Of a stretch of DNA of 64,000 nucleotides, positions 53,827-64,000 are shown piece by piece; within the stretch, counting starts at the first letter, position 1, and each line of letters starts with the position of its first letter. The stretch is from Bacillota bacterium. GTDB lineage: Bacteria; Bacillota_I; Bacilli_A; RF39; UBA660. The stretch is taken from assembly GCA_015059155.1 (NCBI GenBank), contig SVAX01000001.1:26247-90246 (forward strand), read 5' to 3'. The notes below the pieces were generated by a model. It did no database searches, was not told the origin of the DNA, and saw nothing but the letters and a program-made list of their open reading frames with translations. Made by a program: the position numbers and the translations under genes.

Positions 53827-56100
53827 TTATTTTTTATATTTAAATATTCTTTTCTCACATATATCAGAAATAAAATTAAATAAACCTACATCTAATATTG
53901 ATACAAGTACTATGAATATTATAAATATTGGTTTTAACAATACTAATTCAAAAACTTGATGCAAACCTATAATACAACTTAAGAAAATAATAATCAATAC
54001 AATATATAAAATTTTTCTTAAAATATTAAATTTATAACATATCTTATAAAGTAATATAAATCCTGTTATAGCTACAAGTATTACTGCCATAGTTGATATT
54101 ATCTCTTCACTTAAATTAAATATTTTAGCAACAATCATTACACTTATTACATTCATAACTATTGTGAGACCTCCAGGTAATGATTTTTTTAATACATTCC
54201 TAAAGAAATTACCTTTTATTCTTTCATGGTTAGGTTCTAAAGCAAGTATGAACGCTGGTATTCCTATTGTAATTGTACTAACTAAACTAAGTTGTATTGG
54301 TTGAAATGGATAATCCATTGGTACAAATAAGAATATAATAGCAAGTAATGTTGCATAAATTGTTTTAGTTAGAAAAAGTGATGAAGATCTTTCTATGTTA
54401 TTTATGGTTCTTCTTCCTTCTTCAACTATTTTAGGTATTGCATCAAAATCAGAATTAAGTAATACTATTTCTGATACATTTCTTGCAGCATCTGACCCAC
54501 TTGCCATAGCTATACTACAATCTGCTTCTTTGAGTGCAAGCACATCATTTACTCCATCTCCTGTCATAGCTACTGTATGTCCATTATTTTTTAAAGCTTT
54601 AATTAAATCTTTCTTTTGTTCTGGACTAACTCTAGCAAATATATTATAATTTTCTACTATTTGGTGATTCATATTAGTATGATTTTTAGACATATCTATA
54701 CATCTTATATCATTGAATCCTACTCTTTTTGCAATTCTAGTTATTACTTTTTCATTATCACCACTTATTATTTTTATATCAAGACCTTCTTTTCTTAGAT
54801 AATTAAGTGTATTACTTGCTTTAAATCTTATTTTATCTTTTAAAAGTATTAAAGCTATATTATCTTTTTTACTTTTAAGTAATACTAATCTGTTATCAGA
54901 ATATTTTTCTATTAATTCTTTCATTTCATCACTATTATCTAATACATCTGGAGCACCTAATATATATTTTCCTTCCTTAAATGTTACACTAGAGTATTTT
55001 TTATTTGATGAAAAAGGTTCTATTTCTAAACATTTAAAATCTGTCTTTTTATTAAACTTTCTACTTATTGCATCCATTGTTGGGGTATCATCAGAAAGTT
55101 CTCTAGACATCGCACACAATATTTTTTTATAGTCATATTTATCATTTAATACTACTATATCTTCTACTTCCATAATACCTTCTGTAAGAGTTCCTGTTTT
55201 ATCTAAACATATAGTATCTACTCGAGCAAGTGTTTCTATGCAATAAAGTTGTTGAACTAATACTTTTCTTTTTGATAATCTAAGTACACTTACAGCAAGT
55301 ACAGTACTAGTTAAAAGTACTAATCCTTCTGGTATCATACCTATAATAGCAGCTACTGTATTTACAACTGCATCTGTGATACTTTTATCAATGTTATATT
55401 GTCTTAAGAAAAGGATTATGCCTAAAGGTATTATTATTATAGATATTATTTTTATTATTTTTTTTAGAGTATTCATTATTTCAGAATTAACTTTTTTTAC
55501 ATATTTAGCTTCACTAGTTATTTTAGAAGCATAATTATTAATAGCTACTTTTTCTACTTTAGCAGTACATTTACCACTTACAACGAAACTACCTGAATAT
55601 AACATATCTCCTACCTTTTTAGTTATAGAATTTTCTTCACCACTAAGTAAGGATTCATTTACTTCAACAGTACCTTCTTTTATTATAGAATCAGCTATTA
55701 TTTGATTACCTCTTTTATAAATAATAATATCGTCTAACACTACTTCTTCTATTTTAATTATTTTACTTTTTCCTTCTCTTATTACATTTGCATTAACACT
55801 AGAAATAATAGATAATTTATCAATAGCTCTTTTAGATCTAATTTCTTGTATTATACTAATTAAAGTATTGCAAATAACTACACCAAGAAATAATAAGTTT
55901 TTATATGATCCAACCCAAAATATAAGTAAACCTAAACAAAGATTTAAAATATTAAACAAAGTAAAAACATTATAGAAAATGATTTGACCTATAGTTTTAG
56001 TTTTAACATCACTATTATAATTATAGTCACCATTTTTTATTCTATAATTTACTTGATTTTGATTTAAACCTTCTTCTATTTTTGGATTATATCTTATCAT
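53827..56100 (-). CDS. Cation-transporting P-type ATPase (P2-like)
   Basis: Motifs SGE, PEGL, DKTGTLT and GDGVNDV, with 10 predicted TM segments. Confidence 0.85.
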   Translation of the reverse strand: MIRYNPKIEEGLNQNQVNYRIKNGDYNYNSDVKTKTIGQIIFYNVFTLFNILNLCLGLLIFWVGSYKNLLFLGVVICNTLISIIQEIRSKRAIDKLSIISSVNANVIREGKSKIIKIEEVVLDDIIIYKRGNQIIADSIIKEGTVEVNESLLSGEENSITKKVGDMLYSGSFVVSGKCTAKVEKVAINNYASKITSEAKYVKKVNSEIMNTLKKIIKIISIIIIPLGIILFLRQYNIDKSITDAVVNTVAAIIGMIPEGLVLLTSTVLAVSVLRLSKRKVLVQQLYCIETLARVDTICLDKTGTLTEGIMEVEDIVVLNDKYDYKKILCAMSRELSDDTPTMDAISRKFNKKTDFKCLEIEPFSSNKKYSSVTFKEGKYILGAPDVLDNSDEMKELIEKYSDNRLVLLKSKKDNIALILLKDKIRFKASNTLNYLRKEGLDIKIISGDNEKVITRIAKRVGFNDIRCIDMSKNHTNMNHQIVENYNIFARVSPEQKKDLIKALKNNGHTVAMTGDGVNDVLALKEADCSIAMASGSDAARNVSEIVLLNSDFDAIPKIVEEGRRTINNIERSSSLFLTKTIYATLLAIIFLFVPMDYPFQPIQLSLVSTITIGIPAFILALEPNHERIKGNFFRNVLKKSLPGGLTIVMNVISVMIVAKIFNLSEEIISTMAVILVAITGFILLYKICYKFNILRKILYIVLIIIFLSCIIGLHQVFELVLLKPIFIIFIVLVSILDVGLFNFISDICEKRIFKYKK

Positions 56101-56178
56101 ATTATTGCCTCACTATATAAATAATTATACCATTTATGGTGGTAAATTAAAAGAAAAAATGTAGAATATTTTACTACA

Positions 56179-56817
56179 TCATTTTATTTTGTTTTTTTCT
56201 ATAGGCACTAAACCTTTCATAAACTCTATCTCAATATAACTTGGATATACATATCTAAGTGCGGTACCTAGTATCAAATTGTTTTTATCTAATTTGGTAT
56301 AATCTAAATCTAATGGTCCACAAGATTTATTTTTACTTTTCTCTACAACAAAATCTCTAAAGAATGATCTAACACTTCTACCATTACCTTCTCTAAAAGG
56401 ATGTATATATTGTATTTCATAATAATATTTTCCTAATTTATAGGCAAATTCTTGTATGGAATAAATATCACTATTATCAAACTCTTCATTCATTTGGTGT
56501 AATACTAATTTTAAATTATTTTCTATTTCTTCTGGTTTACAAAACTCATGAATATCTTTTTGTAATGTACAAGTCCTAATTTGACCGGCAAAAGGATAAA
56601 TTTCATCAAATATAAATTTATGAACATTTAAAAGGTGTTCTTTATCAAAATTACCTTTTATAGGGTTTAAATATAAATAAGCTAATTTTTTTCTTACTAT
56701 TTCTCTCTCTATTTTTTTCAACTTTTCTTTATCAACAATATTTAATTTGTTTTTTAACACTTCTGTCCCTGTTATTAAATATTCATTCCATCTAATTTCA
56801 TCTTCTATTCGGTTCAT
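56179..56817 (-). CDS. fic: Fic-domain protein (AMPylase-type Fido), class I-like
   Basis: Core motif HPFREGNGRSVR. The N-terminus Y.ITGTEVLKNKLNI resembles VbhT-type Fic proteins. Confidence 0.85.
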   Translation of the reverse strand: MNRIEDEIRWNEYLITGTEVLKNKLNIVDKEKLKKIEREIVRKKLAYLYLNPIKGNFDKEHLLNVHKFIFDEIYPFAGQIRTCTLQKDIHEFCKPEEIENNLKLVLHQMNEEFDNSDIYSIQEFAYKLGKYYYEIQYIHPFREGNGRSVRSFFRDFVVEKSKNKSCGPLDLDYTKLDKNNLILGTALRYVYPSYIEIEFMKGLVPIEKNKIK

Positions 56818-56950
56818 TATTTAAATCCTTTCTTAATACTTTAGCTTTTTCTTTTTCAAAAGTAGGAATTACTACTTCTTCAAAATCCATATTAGCATCT
56901 GCTTGTTCTAAAGCTTTTTTTATATCTTGTTCTGTAAACTTCTTATCCAT
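56798..56950 (-). CDS. Small ORF (50 aa) overlapping the fic start; candidate Fic antitoxin/inhibitor
   Basis: My own translation: MDKKFTEQDIKKALEQADANMDFEEVVIPTFEKEKAKVLRKDLNNEPNRR. It overlaps fic by 20 nt in another frame. The promoter lies immediately upstream. The SD is weak (GGGTG). Confidence 0.45.
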   Translation of the reverse strand: MDKKFTEQDIKKALEQADANMDFEEVVIPTFEKEKAKVLRKDLNNEPNRR

Positions 56951-56967
56951 ACTAAACACCCAAACTT

Positions 56968-56997
56968 ATTATACCAAAAAAAGAATTATTTGTTCAA
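56968..56997 (-). promoter_or_regulatory. Promoter of the small ORF-fic operon
   Basis: TTGAAC, an 18-nt spacer, then TATAAT preceded by TGG. The -35 overlaps the end of pflA. Confidence 0.5.
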
Positions 56998-57705
56998 TAA
57001 TTCTTCAAGATTTTTACACTTTTCCTTATCCATATCTAAAGTTTCAGTTAATCTATATTTTATATTTAGCTTGTCATATTTTTCTTTACCCATTGTGTGA
57101 TATGGAAGTAATTCTATTTTTTCTATATTTTTAAACTTTTTTATATATTTTTTTAGTTTGAATATATATTCTTCTGTATCATTTATATTAGGTACTATTA
57201 CTTGCCTTAACCAAATTTTATTATTATTTTCAAGTAACCTATCAACAAAGTAATTAAACATAGTCATATCCTTACCTGTCATTTTTTTATAATTATCCTC
57301 GTCAATAGCCTTTATATCTAATATAACTAAATCCGTATATTTTAATATTTCGTCCAAATATTTTTTATTATAACCAGTACCTGATGTGTCTAATGCGGTA
57401 TGTATTCCAGCTTTGTTACACATTTTTAACATTTCAAGTAAGAATTCAGATTGAAGAAGTGGCTCTCCTCCTGAGAAAGTCACTCCTCCATCCTTTTCTA
57501 TATACGGTCTATATTTTCTAATCTCATCCACTATTTCTTTAGAGGTCATTTTATTTTTTGAAACTTTTTCCCAAGTTTCTGGATTATGACAAAACAAACA
57601 TCTAAGTGGACAACCTTGCATAAATATAACTATTCTTATTCCAGGACCATCAACAAGTCCCATTGTTTCTATCTGATGTATAAAACCTGTTTTAAACTCT
57701 TTCAT
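56986..57705 (-). CDS. pflA: Pyruvate formate-lyase activating enzyme
   Basis: Radical [17 protein letters not shown], and the [10 protein letters not shown] block. Confidence 0.9.
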   Translation of the reverse strand: MKEFKTGFIHQIETMGLVDGPGIRIVIFMQGCPLRCLFCHNPETWEKVSKNKMTSKEIVDEIRKYRPYIEKDGGVTFSGGEPLLQSEFLLEMLKMCNKAGIHTALDTSGTGYNKKYLDEILKYTDLVILDIKAIDEDNYKKMTGKDMTMFNYFVDRLLENNNKIWLRQVIVPNINDTEEYIFKLKKYIKKFKNIEKIELLPYHTMGKEKYDKLNIKYRLTETLDMDKEKCKNLEELLNK

Positions 57706-59917
57706 GGAAAGTCCTGCTTATTACTTCCTCTTTTTGTTCTTTAGTTAATTTATTGAAATTAACTGCATATCCAGATACTCTTATTGTAAGATTTGGATAT
57801 TTATTAGGATTGTTCATTGCATCAACAAGTAAATCTTTATCAAGTACGTTTACATTTAAGTGATGTGCGCCACTATTAAAGTATCCATCTAGTATCTTAA
57901 CTAAATTATTTATTCTTGATTCTTCTTCTGAACCAAGTGCGGTAGGTATTATAGAGAATGTATTAGATACTCCATCTTGACAGCAATCTTTATAAGGAAT
58001 TTTAGCTACTGATGAAAGTGAAGCTAAAGCACCATTTTTATCTGCACCTTGAGTTGGATTAGCTCCTGGAGAGAATGGTACCCCTTCTTTTCTTCCATCT
58101 GGTGTAGCACCTGTATGTTTACCATAAACTACGTTTGATGTTATTGTAAGAAGTGAAAGTGTTGGAATGGCATTTTTATATAACGGATATCTTTTTAATT
58201 CTCTATATACTCTTTTTACTAAGTTTTTAGCAATAGCATCTACATTATCATCGTTATTACCATATCTAGGATAATCAAATTCGATATCAAATGCGTTAGT
58301 TAAACCTCTTTCATCTCTTTTAACTCTAACATGACCATATTGAATAGCTGAGAATGAATCAGTTACAATTGATATTCCAGCAAGTCCAAAAGCCATTAAA
58401 TATTCTAACTCCGTATTTAGGAAAGCCATTTGGCTACTTTCGTAAGCATATTTATCATGCATATAATGAATTATATTTAAAGCATCTACATATATCTTTA
58501 CTGTTTTCTTTAAAACTTTATCAAATTGTTTTAATACTTGATCTGCATCTAAATATTCTCCTTCTAACTCATCTATACCTTCGATTACTAAATCTCCAGT
58601 TATTTCATCTCTACCACCATTTAAAGCATATAATAATACTTTAACAAAATTTATACGAGCTCCAAAGAATTGAGTTTGATAACCAAGTTTTAAAGCAGAC
58701 ACACAACAACTAATTGCATAATCATTTCCATAAAGTGGTCTCATTATATCATCATTTTCAAATTGTAAAGTATGTGTCTTAATTGACATTTTACTAGCAA
58801 ATTTTTTAAAATTTTCTGGAAGTTTCTTACTCCATAAAACAGTTAAATTAGGTTCTGCAGATTCACCTATATTATTAAGTGAATTTAACATACGATAAGC
58901 TGTTTTTGTTACTAAAGATTTTTCATCATCTAACATTCCACCAATAGATTCAGTTACCCAAGTAGGATCTCCTGCGAATAACTCATTATATTCAGGAGTT
59001 CTTAAATGTCTAACAAGTCTTAATTTAATTACAAACTGATCTATTAATTCTTGAGCATATTCTTCTGTAAGTATTCCTTTTTCTATATCTCTTTCTATAT
59101 AAATATCAAAGAAAGTTGTATTTCTACCTATACTTGTAGCAGCTCCATTATTTTGTTTGACTGCAGCAAGATATGCAAAATAAGTCCATTGTATTGCTTC
59201 TTTAGCATTACTTGCAGGTTTTGATACATCAAATCCATAACGAGAACACATTTTCTTTATTAATTCTAAAGCTTTTATTTGTTCTTTAACATCTTCTCTA
59301 AGTTGAATAGTTGATACATCATTAATTTCTGTTAACTTACTTAAATCTTCTTTCTTTTTTTCTATTAAAAAGTCTGCTCCATATAGTGCAAGTCTACGAT
59401 AATCTCCAATAATTCTTCCTCTTCCATAAGCATCTGGAAGTCCTGTTATTAAATGATTGTGACGAGCTTTTTTTATTTCATCTGTATAAGCATCAAAGAC
59501 TCCATCATTATGAGTTTTTCTAAACTCTTTAAAATTTTCTTCTAATTCTTTTTCTAAATGAAATCCATAAGCTTCTAAAGACTTTTTAACCATTCTATAT
59601 CCACCATATGGATTAACTATTCTTTTTAATGGTTCATCTGTTTGTAATCCAACAATTACTTCATTTTTTCTATCAATATATCCAGGTTCAAAATTATCTA
59701 TACCGCTCATTATAAATGTTTCTACATCAAGTACTCCACTTATAGCTTCACGCGCTAATAATTTTTTACACTTTCCCCATACTTTTTCTGTTCTATAGCT
59801 TATTCCCTTTAAAAAGCTATCATCATCTAAATATTCTTTATAGTTGCTTTCAATAAAATCTTGAACATCTATATTTTTTTGCCATTTTGTTCCTTTAAAA
59901 CCTTGCCATTCATTCAT
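57692..59917 (-). CDS. pflB: Formate C-acetyltransferase (pyruvate formate-lyase)
   Basis: 741 aa, with the active-site CC (AISCCVS) and the glycyl radical motif RVSGYAV. Confidence 0.95.
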   Translation of the reverse strand: MNEWQGFKGTKWQKNIDVQDFIESNYKEYLDDDSFLKGISYRTEKVWGKCKKLLAREAISGVLDVETFIMSGIDNFEPGYIDRKNEVIVGLQTDEPLKRIVNPYGGYRMVKKSLEAYGFHLEKELEENFKEFRKTHNDGVFDAYTDEIKKARHNHLITGLPDAYGRGRIIGDYRRLALYGADFLIEKKKEDLSKLTEINDVSTIQLREDVKEQIKALELIKKMCSRYGFDVSKPASNAKEAIQWTYFAYLAAVKQNNGAATSIGRNTTFFDIYIERDIEKGILTEEYAQELIDQFVIKLRLVRHLRTPEYNELFAGDPTWVTESIGGMLDDEKSLVTKTAYRMLNSLNNIGESAEPNLTVLWSKKLPENFKKFASKMSIKTHTLQFENDDIMRPLYGNDYAISCCVSALKLGYQTQFFGARINFVKVLLYALNGGRDEITGDLVIEGIDELEGEYLDADQVLKQFDKVLKKTVKIYVDALNIIHYMHDKYAYESSQMAFLNTELEYLMAFGLAGISIVTDSFSAIQYGHVRVKRDERGLTNAFDIEFDYPRYGNNDDNVDAIAKNLVKRVYRELKRYPLYKNAIPTLSLLTITSNVVYGKHTGATPDGRKEGVPFSPGANPTQGADKNGALASLSSVAKIPYKDCCQDGVSNTFSIIPTALGSEEESRINNLVKILDGYFNSGAHHLNVNVLDKDLLVDAMNNPNKYPNLTIRVSGYAVNFNKLTKEQKEEVISRTFHERV

Positions 59918-59921
59918 ACTT

Positions 59922-62010
<2,089 letters not shown>

Positions 62011-62018
62011 TAATTCAC

Positions 62019-62843
62019 TTAATTAATATGTTTCTGTTTTCTTTTATTTAATACATTCAACTGATAATTCGCAATATTAGAAAGTATATCAAATCTTTCT
62101 TCTTTAGATTTACCTTCTTTAATTAACTCTGCATTATGAGTCTCTAAATTGGATAATACTGTCAATTCATTTATTGTAGCAAAATCTCTCATATTAGAAT
62201 TTTTAGATAAATCTAGATTTAATTCTCTCCATTCTTTTGCAGTTGTGTTAAATATTATTACATTTAATATATCGGCTTCTTCAGCATATTTTAACCAACT
62301 TTTATCTTTATAATAATTCTTATTTGGTAAAATATAATTTTTTATTGCTTCTGTATGTATTAAATAATTATTTTTTGTAAGTAATCTTTTAACATTCCAT
62401 TCACTATTTCTATTCTCTATTTGCTTTAATCTCTGAAACTCTTTTATCAAATATAGTTTAAATATAGGGCTTATTGATGATGCAAATTCAAATGCAATAT
62501 CTTTATGTGCATAAGTACCTCCATATTTACCTCGCTTTGAATATATCCCAATTGCGTTTGTTTTCATCGCCCACTCTGTTACACTAAGGGTAAAAGTGTG
62601 TAATCCAGAATTTTTTCTAAACCCGTCGAATTCGACGTAATTAAAATCAGGATTATATATTTGTTCCCAAGTCCCTAAAAATTCTAAAGTGCTTCTATTT
62701 CTTAACCAATTTTTAATTATATCATCAGTTTTCGATTTACCAATCTTTGCTTTTGCAATATCTGAAATACATATATAATCCTCTTCATTTTCAATAGTTA
62801 TATTTATTGGTATATCTTGTACTGTAATTGTACTGTTTTTCAT
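62019..62843 (-). CDS. KilA-N domain-containing protein
   Basis: The N-terminal roughly 130 aa (ICISDIAKAK...NWLRNRSTLEFLGTWE...GGTYAHKDIAFEFASSISP) match the KilA-N DNA-binding domain pattern. Confidence 0.7.
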   Translation of the reverse strand: MKNSTITVQDIPINITIENEEDYICISDIAKAKIGKSKTDDIIKNWLRNRSTLEFLGTWEQIYNPDFNYVEFDGFRKNSGLHTFTLSVTEWAMKTNAIGIYSKRGKYGGTYAHKDIAFEFASSISPIFKLYLIKEFQRLKQIENRNSEWNVKRLLTKNNYLIHTEAIKNYILPNKNYYKDKSWLKYAEEADILNVIIFNTTAKEWRELNLDLSKNSNMRDFATINELTVLSNLETHNAELIKEGKSKEERFDILSNIANYQLNVLNKRKQKHIN

Positions 62844-62904
62844 TTATTTTATTCCTCCTTTTATTTATAACCACACCTCACTTTCATTGGCTTTTTCCCT
62901 ATAT

Positions 62905-62988
62905 TTATTATAGCACCAGTATATATAACTATCTACAAAAAAAGTATATTATTTTATATACTTTCTTTGTACTCTTTTAGATATATTA
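62905..62988. repeat. Direct repeat R2 flanking the KilA-N cassette
   Basis: Identical 36-nt core at 62938-62973 and a collinear ttattatagca at 62905-62915. Confidence 0.85.
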
Positions 62989-63073
62989 CAGATAAATTCA
63001 TATAGTATGGTACTTAAATAATTATTTAAAGTTTTTATATGATTTATATCTTTATAGATGTATACTTTATTAT

Positions 63074-64000
63074 TTAATTTAACACTTCTTTTTTTATTGT
63101 TTTAATATTAACTACATCTTTATTATCGAGAATTTCATTTATTATAATCATCTCTATTTCATTTTTAATTATCTTATCTATTTTTCTTGCACCAAAATCT
63201 TTATAATTAGAATTCTCTATTACCTCTTCTATAACATTACTATTTATTTTAACATTTATACCTTTTTTCTTATATTTATTTTTTAGTTTCTTTATTTTAT
63301 TATTTATTATATCTTTTATATTATCATGGGTTAAATACTCAAATGGCAGTATATTATCTATTCTATTTATAAAAGGTATACTAAACGACTCTTTTAATTC
63401 GTTATTAACCTTATTTTTGTTATTAAATCCAATACTGTTATTATTAAAACCTATATTAGATGTCATAATTATCATACAGTTGTTAAAATATATATCCTCT
63501 CCTTTTGAATCTTTCAGTTTACCTTCATCTAGTATTTGATAAAATAAATTAATTATATTAGAGTGTGCTTTTTCTATTTCATCTAATATTAATACTGAGA
63601 ATGGATTATCTTTAACACGTTCTAATATATTTTTATTATCATCATAACCTACATATCCAGCAGGAGAACCTATTAATTTGCTTATTGTATGAGATTCACT
63701 ATATTCACTCATATCTATTCTAATAACACTATTACTTACTTTTTCTGAAAATATTTTAGCTAACTGTGTTTTTCCTACTCCACTAGGTCCAACAAAAAGC
63801 ATAGAATAACACATATTATCATCTTTAAAACCTAATTTTAATTTTTTATATATTTTTATTAATTCATCTATATTTTTATCATTACCAATAATATTTTTCT
63901 TTAAGTTTTTTTCAAAACTAATTATATCGTTTTTATCTAAATCTTTTAATTCGAATATAGGTACATTACTTTTTCTACTTACAATTTTAATAACATCTTC
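63074..64000 (-). CDS. Clp/Hsp100-family AAA+ ATPase, C-terminal (D2) part; the ORF continues past the window edge
   Basis: Walker A GPSGVGKT, sensor/Walker B ILDEIEKAH, and a D2 small domain. My own translation shows the frame stays open from 63814 to 64000 (…VSRKSNVPIFELKDLDKN…IIGNDKNIDEL…), so the track Met is internal. Confidence 0.8.
   Translation of the reverse strand, partial: EDVIKIVSRKSNVPIFELKDLDKNDIISFEKNLKKNIIGNDKNIDELIKIYKKLKLGFKDDNMCYSMLFVGPSGVGKTQLAKIFSEKVSNSVIRIDMSEYSESHTISKLIGSPAGYVGYDDNKNILERVKDNPFSVLILDEIEKAHSNIINLFYQILDEGKLKDSKGEDIYFNNCMIIMTSNIGFNNNSIGFNNKNKVNNELKESFSIPFINRIDNILPFEYLTHDNIKDIINNKIKKLKNKYKKKGINVKINSNVIEEVIENSNYKDFGARKIDKIIKNEIEMIIINEILDNKDVVNIKTIKKEVLN

Overview
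This is a very AT-rich chromosomal segment (about one quarter G+C by eye) from a low-GC Gram-positive bacterium (Bacillota). It uses the standard bacterial code, and all but about four genes lie on the minus strand. The backbone is housekeeping. Cell-wall genes: two murE paralogues, mraY, an amidase, ddl, and an atypical murF. Translation and RNA genes: rlmN, fmt, rlmB, mrnC, rbgA, rplS, rny, rluD, tRNA-Gly, tRNA-Cys and tmRNA. Anaerobic metabolism genes: nrdD/nrdG and pflB/pflA. Other core genes: ligA, lepB, lspA and sigH. Sporulation-associated genes (yabG, veg, a CotT-like Pro/Tyr-rich protein) suggest a present or former spore former. Small accessory insertions sit between the core genes. 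(1) Two copies, 22 kb apart, of an unannotated type I toxin-antitoxin-like module about 300 bp long: a roughly 30-aa hydrophobic peptide gene with a sequestered SD, convergent with an antisense RNA. One copy is frameshifted in an A8 run. (2) nrdD is interrupted by a single in-frame TAA, so the glycyl-radical domain is a separate 56-aa ORF with its own SD. (3) A regulator / secreted beta-rich protein / SipW-type signal peptidase fused to a polytopic membrane domain / 2-TM protein operon, resembling a tapA-sipW-tasA-type fibre locus. (4) A solo TnpB (IS605/IS1341-type) element. (5) A Fic protein with a small overlapping upstream ORF. (6) Single-gene dinD and KilA-N insertions, the latter flanked by a duplicated terminator-promoter module. 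(7) A two-gene operon next to ssrA that encodes a protein with near-identical 96-bp tandem repeats. No rRNA genes, CRISPR array or prophage were seen. All calls rest on reading the sequence and on recalled family motifs; no searches were run.
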